60,545 bases of DNA, from assembly GCA_040376455.1 (NCBI GenBank), contig JBEIQP010000002.1:1-60545 (forward strand), given 5' to 3'. Below are positions 38,431-47,121 of this stretch, one piece after another. Position numbers and translations under genes: made by a program. Below the pieces are notes generated by a model. The model was not told the DNA's origin and did no database searches. It was given only the letters and a program-made list of their open reading frames with translations. The stretch comes from Planctomycetaceae bacterium. GTDB lineage: Bacteria > Planctomycetota > Planctomycetia > Pirellulales > UBA1268. Position 1 is the stretch's first letter; every line of letters begins with the position of its first letter.

Positions 38431-39717
38431 ATGAACGTCATCGTCTTCGAAGATGAAGGGGTCGATCGGCTCGGCGTCGTGGTCGCGGCACGGCCCGCCT
38501 GCGACCTGACGATCGGCACGCGGACGCTCCACGACGCCCTCGGCCACCTCGGCAACGTCCGCCGCGTTGTCCGGCCCCACCTCGCCCGCCACCTCGCGGC
38601 CCTCGGCGGCTCGCGGATCGCCATCTGGGGCGGCGTTCCCGATGCGGTCCATGCCGAGCCCGCCGCGTCGCGGCACGGCGCCGTCACGCTGCTCGTGAAC
38701 GCATGCGCGATCCCCAGCCGGGGCACCCTCGCCGCGCTCCGCGCGCTCGTCGAGCAGGGACGGCGGTGCGTGGCGAAGACCAACGGCCGCGTGGCCGCCG
38801 CGATCCTGCACCTCGCGGCGGACGGCGGCGGTCCGGATCGCGAACTGGTGGCCGGCATCGTCGCGGGAACCGAGTCGCCCGCACCGGGGCTCGAGCGCCT
38901 CGGTGTGCCCGACGTGGATGCGGGGATCGCGCTGCTGAAACAACCGCACGATGTCGTCACGGCGCACGAGGAATCGATCGCAGACTCGCTCGCGGCCCGG
39001 ATCGACTCGGGCGACTACGCCGAGATTCGCCCCGGCCTGTTCGTCGCCGCCGGCGCCCGCGTGAGCGAGTGGGCGGTCGTCCGGCACGGGCCCGTCGTCG
39101 TCGAGGCCGACGCGGAGATCAGCCCGTTCACCTGCATCGACGGGCCGGTCTGGATCGGCCCGGGAGCCCGCGTCAATCCGCACGCCTGGCTGCGGGCCGG
39201 CACGGCCATCGGCCGCGAATGCCGCGTCGGGGGCGAGGTGGAGGCGACCGTGATGGAGCCCTTTTCCAACAAGCCGCACGACGGCTTCCTCGGCCACAGC
39301 CACATCGGCAGTTGGACGAACCTGGCCGCCGGCACGATCACGAGCAACCTCAAGGCCACCTACGGACCCGTGCGGCTCCACGATCTCCTGCCGGACGGCA
39401 GACGCTACACGGTCCACACCGGCCGCCAGTTTCTCGGCGGGCTTGTGGCCGATTTCGTGAAGTCGGGAATCAACACGTCGATCCCCTGCGGGGCCCGGAT
39501 CGGCCCCGCCGCCTCGATCGGCGGCGCCGTGCCCGAGCTCGTGCCCGCCTTCCACAACATGCTCGTGGGGGGCATCGGCGGCAGCCGGTCCACCGCCGAG
39601 CAGACGGCCACCATCCTCGAACGCATGATGGCCCGTCGCGGCCTCGCATGCCTGCCCGCGGATCGGGAACTGCTCGAGGCGCTCTCGGGCGATCCGCGAT
39701 CGGCCGACGCGGGCTGA
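38431..39717 (+). CDS. GlmU-like sugar nucleotidyltransferase / left-handed beta-helix (hexapeptide-repeat) protein
   Basis: The N-terminus MNVIVFEDEGVDRLGVV… is typical of the 'putative sugar nucleotidyl transferase' family. The C-terminal hexapeptide region is …IGPGARVNPHAWLRAGTAIGRECRVGGEVEATVM…GFLGHSHIGSWTNLAAGTITSNLK. Confidence 0.7.
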   Translation: MNVIVFEDEGVDRLGVVVAARPACDLTIGTRTLHDALGHLGNVRRVVRPHLARHLAALGGSRIAIWGGVPDAVHAEPAASRHGAVTLLVNACAIPSRGTLAALRALVEQGRRCVAKTNGRVAAAILHLAADGGGPDRELVAGIVAGTESPAPGLERLGVPDVDAGIALLKQPHDVVTAHEESIADSLAARIDSGDYAEIRPGLFVAAGARVSEWAVVRHGPVVVEADAEISPFTCIDGPVWIGPGARVNPHAWLRAGTAIGRECRVGGEVEATVMEPFSNKPHDGFLGHSHIGSWTNLAAGTITSNLKATYGPVRLHDLLPDGRRYTVHTGRQFLGGLVADFVKSGINTSIPCGARIGPAASIGGAVPELVPAFHNMLVGGIGGSRSTAEQTATILERMMARRGLACLPADRELLEALSGDPRSADAG

Positions 39718-39819
39718 CAGGCCCGGCCGAACGCCGTGTCCATGAAACGCTCGTCGCCGGATGGCTACAATGTCCGGGAACGGCCCAGGCCGTCGTCACG
39801 CGAGCAGGAAGGAACAACC

Positions 39820-40695
39820 GTGTCGATCAAGGATGCCTACGGCGGCGGCCGATTCGGACTCTCGTTCGAACTCTTTCCCCCCAAGACGGCCGAGTCGGCG
39901 GCGCTGATGTGGCGCACGGTCGATGAACTCATGGCGTTCGAGCCGGCCCTCGTGACCTGCACCTACGGTGCCGGCGGATCCACCCGCGGCACCACGCTCG
40001 AGGTGATCGACGGCGTGCGCAAGCGGCACGACGTGCCGGTGGCCAGCCATCTCACCTGCGTCGGCAGCTCGATCGACGAACTGCGGGACTACCTGCGCGA
40101 GGCGCGGGATCACGGCGTGACGGCGATCGTGGCCCTCCGCGGCGACCCGCCGAAGGGCGAAACCACGTTCACGCCCGTCGCCGGCGGCCTGCGGTATGCG
40201 TCGGAACTCGTCTCCCTCATCCGCGGCGAGTTTCCGACATTCGACATCCTCGTCGCGGGCTATCCCGAGACGCACCAGGAGGCGGTGAGCGCCGAGGCCG
40301 ACCTCGACAATCTGAAGCGGAAGTGCGACGCGGGCGGCGACGTGGTCGTCACCCAGTTGTTCTACGACAACGAGGATTTCCTCCGGTTCCGCGACCGCTG
40401 CGCCGCCATCGGGATCACCGCGCCGATCGTGCCGGGCGTGATGCCGGTCACGAACTACGCGCAGATCCGGCGGATCGCCAGCCTCTGCAAGGCCCGTCTG
40501 CCCGAGGCCTTCAACCGGGCCTTCGAGGCCGCCGGCGACGACGAGGCGGCGCAGTTCGAGGCGGGCGTGGGCTTCGCGGCGCGGCAGGTGGAGGAACTCA
40601 TCGCCGCGGGCGTGCCGGGCATCCACTTCTACGTGCTCAACAAGTCTCCGGCGACGGTCCGGGTGCTCGAGCACGTGGGGATGACCCGCGGGTAA
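39820..40695 (+). CDS. metF: 5,10-methylenetetrahydrofolate reductase
   Basis: …FELFPPKT…VTCTYGAGGSTRGTTLE…ASHLTCVG…VALRGDPP…VAGYPETH…VTQLFYDNEDFLRF…GIHFYVLN. I prefer the GTG 39820 start, preceded by AGGAAGGA, over the ORF-track start at 39736. Confidence 0.9.
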   Translation: MSIKDAYGGGRFGLSFELFPPKTAESAALMWRTVDELMAFEPALVTCTYGAGGSTRGTTLEVIDGVRKRHDVPVASHLTCVGSSIDELRDYLREARDHGVTAIVALRGDPPKGETTFTPVAGGLRYASELVSLIRGEFPTFDILVAGYPETHQEAVSAEADLDNLKRKCDAGGDVVVTQLFYDNEDFLRFRDRCAAIGITAPIVPGVMPVTNYAQIRRIASLCKARLPEAFNRAFEAAGDDEAAQFEAGVGFAARQVEELIAAGVPGIHFYVLNKSPATVRVLEHVGMTRG

Positions 40696-40710
40696 GCGGC
40701 CCGCCGCCGG

Positions 40711-41196
40711 TCACCGCGGCGGCTGGTCGTCGTCCATCGTGCGGATGTAACTCCGCAGCCGCTCCAGTTCGTCGCTGACGTGACGCAGCTTGAGCATGTT
40801 TTCCACGCGCTTGACGAGCTCGACGCGGTTCACCGGCTTCGACAGGAAATCGTCGGTGCCCGACTCGACGGCCCGCTCGATGTCGCCGAGCTCGCCGAGC
40901 GCCGTGACCATCAGGATCATGATGGGGCTGGTCTCGGGGTTCGACTTCAGCTGCTGGCAGACCTCGAAGCCGGAGAGCTTCGGCATCATCACGTCGAGCA
41001 GGATCACGTCCGGATGAAACGAGGCCACCTTGTCGAGCGTGTCGCGGCCGTCGATCGCGGTGCCGATCTCGCAATCGAGGTCGGCGAGATAGACCTCGAG
41101 GAGTTCGCGATTCGGCTCGTTGTCGTCGGCGATCAGCACGCGGCTCTTGCGCGACTCGGGGGCCGATGCGGCGGAGGCGGCTTGTGGTTTGGGCAT
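40711..41196 (-). CDS. stand-alone CheY-like response regulator (receiver + short C-terminal helix)
   Basis: RVLIADDNEPNRELLEVYL…DVILLDVMMPKLSGFEVC…ILMVTALG…DDFLSKPV. The start was trimmed to ATG 41196. Confidence 0.85.
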   Translation of the reverse strand: MPKPQAASAASAPESRKSRVLIADDNEPNRELLEVYLADLDCEIGTAIDGRDTLDKVASFHPDVILLDVMMPKLSGFEVCQQLKSNPETSPIMILMVTALGELGDIERAVESGTDDFLSKPVNRVELVKRVENMLKLRHVSDELERLRSYIRTMDDDQPPR

Positions 41197-41246
41197 CGCG
41201 TTTCCTTGATCGCGGAGCAAGCGGACGGGGACGGCAGCGACGCTCC

Positions 41247-41786
41247 TCACGGAGCCTCGAAGAGCGACTGGCTCTTCACGATCGCCAGATCGCCGGGAAA
41301 CGTGTGAAAGGCCTGCACGAGCAGGCTGCGAGGACGCGTTTCGACGTTGATCCAACTGAGGGCGCCGAGCGCGAGCCGGCCTCCCGACTCGAACCGGTGC
41401 AGCAGGCCGCGTTTCAGCCCCTCTACGGCGAGTTCCTGCTGAAACGTCCAGAACACGTCCTGGGCCACGGTCTCCAGCTGAAAACAGGTCTGGTAACTCG
41501 CCCCGCCACGGCATTCCAGGCGGTCGCTGCGTTCGCCGGCGATGCGGTGCGAGAGGAGGCGGCGCTTCTGGGGGAGGGGCTGGCTCAGGCTCGTGGCCAC
41601 CTCCGTGAGCGTGAGGCCGTCCTTCCGCCAGGTGACGAGGTGGCCGGCGCTCGTGATCGCCACCGTCGCGGAATAGCCGCCGCGGTCGATCGAACGCGAG
41701 GCGGAGATTTCGAACAACTCCGGGTGCAGGACGCGCCCGTAGAGCTGAAACACCAACTCCGCGACGTTGGGACGAACCGAAAGCAC
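41247..41786 (-). CDS. hypothetical protein, DUF2617-like; start uncertain
   Basis: The C-terminal 179 codons of the 41247-42188 ORF read naturally (SVRPNVAELVFQLYGRVLHPELFEI…TCFQLETVAQDVFWTF…). The upstream part is Arg/Pro/Ser junk. GTG 41786 is downstream of a perfect TATAAT box. The DUF2617 assignment is from memory. Confidence 0.5.
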   Translation of the reverse strand: MLSVRPNVAELVFQLYGRVLHPELFEISASRSIDRGGYSATVAITSAGHLVTWRKDGLTLTEVATSLSQPLPQKRRLLSHRIAGERSDRLECRGGASYQTCFQLETVAQDVFWTFQQELAVEGLKRGLLHRFESGGRLALGALSWINVETRPRSLLVQAFHTFPGDLAIVKSQSLFEAP

Positions 41787-41858
41787 GACGTGGTCAACTC
41801 CGGGGACATGCGCCGGCTCGCGAACGACGAGAGCCGTGAACCAGGTGCCTCGACCGCG

Positions 41859-41888
41859 ATTATACGAGTGCTCCGCGCAGCCCACCAA
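41859..41888 (-). promoter_or_regulatory. sigma70-like promoter candidate for the DUF2617-like/response-regulator pair
   Basis: On the minus strand: TTGGTG (41888-41883), 18-nt spacer, TATAAT (41864-41859). It lies ~70 nt upstream of GTG 41786. Confidence 0.35.
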
Positions 41889-42024
41889 GACGAATCGCGA
41901 TGGGGGCGGATGCCGCGGAAATCGGCGTGGCCCGCCCGCGCACGATGGGCCGCGAGGCGGGGGCAAAAAGTTCGCCCGTACCGCTTGACAACATCGACTG
42001 CGTGAGTAACCGCCGGCGAAACGG

Positions 42025-42867
42025 TCAGAGCAGGCCGACGAGGATGTCGTAGATGGCGTGCGTGCCGGCGGCGATACCGAAGCCGCGGCCGAGGAACAGC
42101 ACCGCGAAGAACATGCCCGCGATCGCGCGAAAGGTGAAGCTGTAGGGGTCGAACGTGTCGCCCATCGGGCCCACGTAGTGGGCGGCACTGAAGAGCAGGC
42201 TCGACGCCACCAGGCCGGAGACCGCCGCGGCGACCGTCGAGAGCCCCAGCCGCTCGAAAACCCAGACGAGAACGGGCAACAGGAGCAGCCGGAAGAGCAC
42301 CTCCTCGTAGAGCCCGGCCCCGCAAAACCCGATCAAACGGGCCGCGATGCCGTCCCAGCCGGCCGGGGCCGCCAGCGGCCAGAGCCGGTCCTGCAGGCGG
42401 GCCAAACCGATCAGGGCACAGGCCCAGAGCACGCATTCGAAGGCCATTCCCGCCAGCACCGCGGGGCTGAACCGCCAGCGGTCGTGCTCGATGTGATGCC
42501 AGGCCAGCAGCCCCAGCACCGTGAGCAACGGGAGCAGGAAATACGAGCCGAAACCGAGGGCGTCGAGGAGGTGTCGGAGCCAGACGTCGGCCCCGTTCCG
42601 CGGCGAGCCGCGGCCGAGCAGCAGCACGCCGCCCTCGTAGGCGAGCACGAGCGGCAGCGCGAACACCAGGCTCGTCAACGGCGTGCGGGACAGGCTCCAG
42701 TACGACTGTCCATCGTCTGCGCCCGCGGTTTCCGCATCGGAAAAGGAGTCGGCGGCCCGTTCCCCGGCCAAGGCTTCGTCGAAGCCCGCCAGGAGATCGT
42801 CCGGCACAGGCACTTCCGCGCCGCGGTATGGATCGTCTGCGTCGCGATCCCGATCAAGACGGTTCAT
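42025..42867 (-). CDS. CPBP (CAAX/Abi) family intramembrane metalloprotease
   Basis: Motifs GLYEEVLFRLLLLP (EExxxR) and LLFSAAHYV…AGTHAIYD (FxxxH / HxxxN/D) within a multi-TM protein. The start was trimmed to ATG 42867. Confidence 0.8.
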   Translation of the reverse strand: MNRLDRDRDADDPYRGAEVPVPDDLLAGFDEALAGERAADSFSDAETAGADDGQSYWSLSRTPLTSLVFALPLVLAYEGGVLLLGRGSPRNGADVWLRHLLDALGFGSYFLLPLLTVLGLLAWHHIEHDRWRFSPAVLAGMAFECVLWACALIGLARLQDRLWPLAAPAGWDGIAARLIGFCGAGLYEEVLFRLLLLPVLVWVFERLGLSTVAAAVSGLVASSLLFSAAHYVGPMGDTFDPYSFTFRAIAGMFFAVLFLGRGFGIAAGTHAIYDILVGLL

Positions 42868-42904
42868 GGCGCGGCGTGCTCCCGACAATGCTTGCACTGC
42901 TGGC

Positions 42905-42918
42905 AAAAAAATTTTTTT
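42905..42918. repeat. A7T7 self-complementary tract in an otherwise GC-rich intergenic region
   Basis: aaaaaaattttttt at 42905-42918, ~40 nt upstream of the CPBP protease start codon. Confidence 0.9.
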
Positions 42919-42992
42919 CGACGACGAAAGCCGTTTCGCGGCGAGTTGCGCGCACCTTCCCGCGCGCGTGCCGCGAGCCATGCGTGAAGTCC

Positions 42993-43020
42993 TTGACAAG
43001 AATCGCACGCATCACAGAAT
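42993..43020 (+). promoter_or_regulatory. sigma70-like promoter candidate (TTGACA-16-CAGAAT), ~350 nt upstream of folK
   Basis: TTGACA at 42993-42998, 16-nt spacer, CAGAAT at 43015-43020. Confidence 0.3.
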
Positions 43021-43373
43021 GCCCCCCATCGGACCGACACGACAACGTGATGGTTCAGCACCGCCCATCGTACTGAATGGATGGCGGCGGATCGAAGACG
43101 AGACACCAGGCGAAATCAGCACGAACCGCAGCCGAGCGACGCACGAAGCCCGGTTTGAGGAGTCGATTCCCACCAGGAAGACACGGTTCGCGTTTCGAAA
43201 AAATCAACTGTCGGATTGGATACAGGGGGGCGACGACTTGAGGGAGCGACAGTCGACGACCTTGGTCGTGGCCTGGATGTCCCCCCCGTTTCCGACAGAT
43301 GGGTCGCGTTTGCCTGCGGGAGGTGGGTTGCCGGTAGAATCGCCGCACTGACCTCACGGCTGCGGGAAATGCC

Positions 43374-44471
43374 ATGGCACGATGCCTCGTCGGTTGCGGC
43401 TCGAATCTGGGGAATCGACGGGAGCAGCTCGACAGGGCGGTCGAGTTGCTCCGGTTCATGCCGGGCGTCGTGGTGGTCGCGGCCAGCCGCTACCGCGAGA
43501 CGCGGCCGGTGGGCGGGCCAGCCGGCCAGCACCCCTTTCTCAACGGCGCCTGCCTGATCGAGACCGATCTCGATCCCCACGAGGTGCTCGGCATGCTCAC
43601 CGCCGTGGAGAACACCCTGCACCGCGAGCGGAACGTGCGCTGGGGTGAGCGGACGATCGACCTCGACCTGCTCCTCTACGACGAGGTCGTGATCGACAGC
43701 CCGGCGCTGACGCTGCCCCATCCCCGGTTGACGACCCGCCGGTTCGTGCTCGAGCCGGCCGTGGAGATCGCGGCCGACCTCCGGCATCCGTTCGCCGCCT
43801 GCACGCTCCGCGCGCTGCTCGACAACATCTCGCACCCGCATCCGCTCGTGTCGGTGGTGGGCGTTCCCGGAAGCGGAGCGCCGGAGGTCGCGGCCGCGGT
43901 GGGTGACGCACTCATGGCGCGGGTGGTTCACTCGCCCACGCCGTTGTTCAAGCCGGGCGCGGGCCGCGATGCAGCGCGGTGGCGCGAGACGCTCGCCTCG
44001 TGGACGCGGCCGCTCGAGTCCGCGGACTGGGCGGACGATCCCCACGGCACGATCGCCGACTTCTGGATCGGGGCGCTGCCGACCGCCGCCGCCGAGGACC
44101 TGCCGCGCGACGAACTCGACCTGTTCGAGGCCGAATGCGATCGGGCCACCGAGCGGACGATCGCGCCGCACGTGGCGATCATGCTGGTGGCCGGTGCGGA
44201 GATGCTCGAAGAGCGGATGGCGTTCTGCGCGCGCGAGGGAAGTCGCGCCTCCGACGTCTTCGCCGATCTCGCGCCGGCCGCGGCGGCCGTCTGCGAATCG
44301 ACCGCGGATTCGGTCGCCCATCTTCTCCGGCTCCAGGACCGCCTGGTGCGGCGGCTCCGCTGCCCCGACGAACGCCGCCCGCGGACGCCGAAGGCGGTCG
44401 TGCTGGTGGACGCCGCCGATCTCACGCAGGCCGTGGCCGAAGCGACCGCGGCCGTCGAGGCGATGGTCTGA
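43374..44471 (+). CDS. folK: HPPK (2-amino-4-hydroxy-6-hydroxymethyldihydropteridine diphosphokinase) fused to a degenerate P-loop (deoxynucleoside-kinase-like) domain
   Basis: N-terminal ~155 aa: LVGCGSNLGNR…FLNGACLIETDL…LHRERNVRWGERTIDLDLLLY…LTLPHPRLTTRRFVLEP. The C-terminal ~200 aa start VSVVGVPGSGAPE (43860-43886) and lack the Walker-A Lys/Ser. Confidence 0.85.
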   Translation: MARCLVGCGSNLGNRREQLDRAVELLRFMPGVVVVAASRYRETRPVGGPAGQHPFLNGACLIETDLDPHEVLGMLTAVENTLHRERNVRWGERTIDLDLLLYDEVVIDSPALTLPHPRLTTRRFVLEPAVEIAADLRHPFAACTLRALLDNISHPHPLVSVVGVPGSGAPEVAAAVGDALMARVVHSPTPLFKPGAGRDAARWRETLASWTRPLESADWADDPHGTIADFWIGALPTAAAEDLPRDELDLFEAECDRATERTIAPHVAIMLVAGAEMLEERMAFCAREGSRASDVFADLAPAAAAVCESTADSVAHLLRLQDRLVRRLRCPDERRPRTPKAVVLVDAADLTQAVAEATAAVEAMV

Positions 44472-45337
44472 TGGCCGAGGCACCGGAGGTCGTGGGTGAT
44501 CCGGCGGCCATCCGCGAGCGGGTGGTTGCCGCGCGGGCCGCCGGCCGGCGCGTCGGTTTCGTGCCGACCATGGGGGCGTTGCACGCGGGGCACGCGAGCC
44601 TCGTCGAGCGGGCCGCGCGGGAGTGCGACGACGTCGTGGTGTCGATCTTCGTCAACCCGACGCAGTTCGCGCCCGGCGAGGATTACGACCGCTACCCGCG
44701 GACGTTCGCGGCCGACCTGGCGCTGCTCGCAGAGCGGGGCGTGCGCTGGATCTACGCGCCCGACGCGGCGGTCGTCTATCCCGCCGGCGATGCCACGCGC
44801 GTCGTCGTCGAGGGCCCGTCGCGGCGGTTCGAGGGGGCGATTCGCCCCACGCACTTCAGCGGCGTGGCCACGGTGGTCTGCCGGTTGTTCCTGGCCGTCC
44901 CCGCCGACGCCGCCTACTTCGGCGCCAAGGACTGGCAGCAGACGCTCGTCGTGAAACGCATGGTGCACGACCTCGGGATCCCGATCGACGTGGTCGTCTG
45001 TCCGACGGTGCGCGAGGCGGATGGGCTGGCGATGAGTTCCCGCAACGCCTACCTCTCGGCGGCGGCCCGCCGCCGGGCGACGGCGTTGGCCGCAAGCCTC
45101 GATCGCGCCGGGGCGCTCTGGGCCGGCGGCGCCGAGATCGCCGCGATCGAGCGGGCGATGCGCGACGCCCTGGAGGCAGAGGGCGTGGCCGTCGACTACG
45201 CGGTCATCGTCGATGCCGAGTCGCTCGAGCCGCTGGAAGACGGCCGCCGTCCCGCGGTGGCGCTCGTCGCCGGTCGGCTCGGCACGACGCGGCTCATCGA
45301 CAATCGGGAACTGCCCCCGCGGAGCGGCGGCCGCTGA
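44471..45337 (+). CDS. panC: pantoate--beta-alanine ligase
   Basis: VGFVPTMGALHAGHASLV…VVSIFVNPTQF…DYDRYPR…FEGAIRPTHFSGVATVV…FGAKDWQQ…SSRN. Its ATG shares one base with the folK TGA (TGATG). Confidence 0.92.
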   Translation: MAEAPEVVGDPAAIRERVVAARAAGRRVGFVPTMGALHAGHASLVERAARECDDVVVSIFVNPTQFAPGEDYDRYPRTFAADLALLAERGVRWIYAPDAAVVYPAGDATRVVVEGPSRRFEGAIRPTHFSGVATVVCRLFLAVPADAAYFGAKDWQQTLVVKRMVHDLGIPIDVVVCPTVREADGLAMSSRNAYLSAAARRRATALAASLDRAGALWAGGAEIAAIERAMRDALEAEGVAVDYAVIVDAESLEPLEDGRRPAVALVAGRLGTTRLIDNRELPPRSGGR

Positions 45338-46410
45338 TGCAATCGACGCTCTTTCACATCCCGGCGCACCTGCCCGGCGGCCTGCCGCTGTTCGGCATCG
45401 GCCTCCTGCTCGCGGCGTGGGCGGTGCTCGGCGGGGCGGGGTTCGTCCGGGCCGCGGCCCGCGACGGCCTGCGGGCGGCGGCGACGACGCTCGGCATCCC
45501 GTTGCTCGTCGCGGCCGCGATGATCGTCTGGGGTTTGCCGGCGCTCGACGACGGGCAAGGCGTGCCCGTGCGTGGCTACGGCGTGATGCTGCTCGTGGCG
45601 GCGGCGGCGGGCACGTGGCTGTCGATCCTGCGCGGGCGCCGCTGCGGATTCGACGCCGACACGATCCTGGCCCTCGGCATGGAGGTGTTTCTCTGGGGCA
45701 TCGTCGGCGCGCGGCTCTTCTACGTGCTCGAATACCACGAGCAGTTCTTCGACGCCGGCGTGCTGGCCGCGATCCCCCGGATTCTCAACGTCGCCGCGGG
45801 CGGCCTCGTCGTCTTCGGATCGTTGCCCACCGCGGCGGTCGCCGCCTGGCTGTTCGCCCGCCGCCGCGGGCTGTCGATTCTCCGGCTCGCCGACTGCATT
45901 GCGCCGGGGCTGCTCGTCGGGCTCGCGCTCGGCCGCATCGGCTGCTTCCTCAACGGCTGCTGCTACGGCGGACCGTGCGACCTGCCGTGGGCGGTGCGGT
46001 TTCCGCCGGAGAGTCCGCCGTGGCTCGACCAGGCGGCCCGCGGGCTGCTGCCGCCGGCGGGCCCGACGGCCGCGCGGCCGTGGAGCCTCCCGATCCACCC
46101 CGCGCAGCTCTATGCCGCGATCGATGCGGGCCTGCTCGCGCTGCTGGCGATCCTCTTCACCCCGCTGGCCCGCCGCGAGGGCGCGGTCTTCGCGCTGGTG
46201 CTGACGCTGCACCCGATCTCGCGGATGCTGCTGGAGGCGATTCGGGTGGACGAGCCGCCGGCGCTCGGCACGCCGCTGTCGATCTCGCAACTGGTGTCGC
46301 TCGTGCTCCTGGCCCTGGCGGCGGCGCTGTGGTGGTGGATCCTCCGCCAGCCGGCCGGCGCCGCGCCGCGGTCATCCGCCGGCGGACCGGGCCCGGGGGC
46401 CCGGCTTTGA
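45337..46410 (+). CDS. lgt: prolipoprotein diacylglyceryl transferase
   Basis: Multi-TM protein with …VRGYGVMLLVAAAAG…GARLFYVLEY…LGRIGCFLNGCCYG…HPAQLYAA…. Its ATG shares one base with the panC TGA (TGATG). Confidence 0.88.
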   Translation: MQSTLFHIPAHLPGGLPLFGIGLLLAAWAVLGGAGFVRAAARDGLRAAATTLGIPLLVAAAMIVWGLPALDDGQGVPVRGYGVMLLVAAAAGTWLSILRGRRCGFDADTILALGMEVFLWGIVGARLFYVLEYHEQFFDAGVLAAIPRILNVAAGGLVVFGSLPTAAVAAWLFARRRGLSILRLADCIAPGLLVGLALGRIGCFLNGCCYGGPCDLPWAVRFPPESPPWLDQAARGLLPPAGPTAARPWSLPIHPAQLYAAIDAGLLALLAILFTPLARREGAVFALVLTLHPISRMLLEAIRVDEPPALGTPLSISQLVSLVLLALAAALWWWILRQPAGAAPRSSAGGPGPGARL

Positions 46411-46512
46411 CGTTCCCGTCGGGGACAGGCACATTGGACACAGGGGCGAACCACGCCCCGGGGCGGGAACTTTCTTCCGCCCGATCGCATCCAACGTTTA
46501 GGGCGCTCGTCC

Positions 46513-47121
46513 GTGGGCAATCCCGCCAGCCACCCGCAAGCTTCCACGACCTCCGGCGGCACCGTCGCCGACCGGGAGCTCGTGATCGCGGCGGTGGCGG
46601 GCGACCGGACGGCGTTCGCCACGCTCGTGGAGCGGCACCAGGGGAGGATCCTCGGCCTGCTCGAGCGGCTCACGGGCTGCCACGAGCAGGCCCGGGACGT
46701 GGCGCAGGACACGTTCGTGTCGGCATTCAGGAAACTGGGTTCGTTCGCGCACCACAGCGAGTTTTCGACATGGCTCTACCGGATCGCCTGCAACCATGCC
46801 GCGGCGGCCGCGCGGCGGCGACGGTCGGTGGTGTCGCTCGATGCGGCCACGGCTGCGGGAAACGGAGCGGCCCGGTCGATCGAGCCGGTGGCGACGCTTC
46901 CCGACGTCGCCGCGCGGCTGGAGCACGCGGAACTTGCCGAGCGGCTCTCCGCGGCGCTGGCCCGGATCGACGAACGCTATCGGGAAGTGGTGGTGCTCGC
47001 CGACATGCAGGGAGCGTCGTATGAGCAGATCGCCCAGGCGCTCGACATTCCGCCGGGCACTGTCCGCAGCCGCCTGCACCGCGGCCGCATGGAGCTGCGC
47101 CGTCTCCTGACGCGCGAATGA
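46513..47121 (+). CDS. ECF-type RNA polymerase sigma factor
   Basis: Region 2: …LVERHQGRILGLLERLTG…ARDVAQDTFVSAFRKL…FSTWLYRIACN. Region 4: …REVVVLADMQGASYEQIAQALDIPPGTVRSRLHRGRMELRRLL. The start is GTG. Confidence 0.88.
   Translation: MGNPASHPQASTTSGGTVADRELVIAAVAGDRTAFATLVERHQGRILGLLERLTGCHEQARDVAQDTFVSAFRKLGSFAHHSEFSTWLYRIACNHAAAAARRRRSVVSLDAATAAGNGAARSIEPVATLPDVAARLEHAELAERLSAALARIDERYREVVVLADMQGASYEQIAQALDIPPGTVRSRLHRGRMELRRLLTRE

Noticed and set aside
43027-43373. A known structured RNA (SRP RNA, 6S, tmRNA, RNase P or THF riboswitch) in the long folK leader.
   Set aside because: I could not find the conserved cores I remember for these families (e.g. the SRP domain IV GGAA-type motif or a tmRNA tRNA-like end). 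It is left as an unassigned region that needs an Rfam scan.
46466-46498. Possible autoregulatory ECF promoter upstream of the sigma gene (GGAAC … CGTT).
   Set aside because: The spacing between the AAC and CGT elements is ~24 nt, against the ~16-17 nt expected for ECF promoters. This is probably a chance occurrence.
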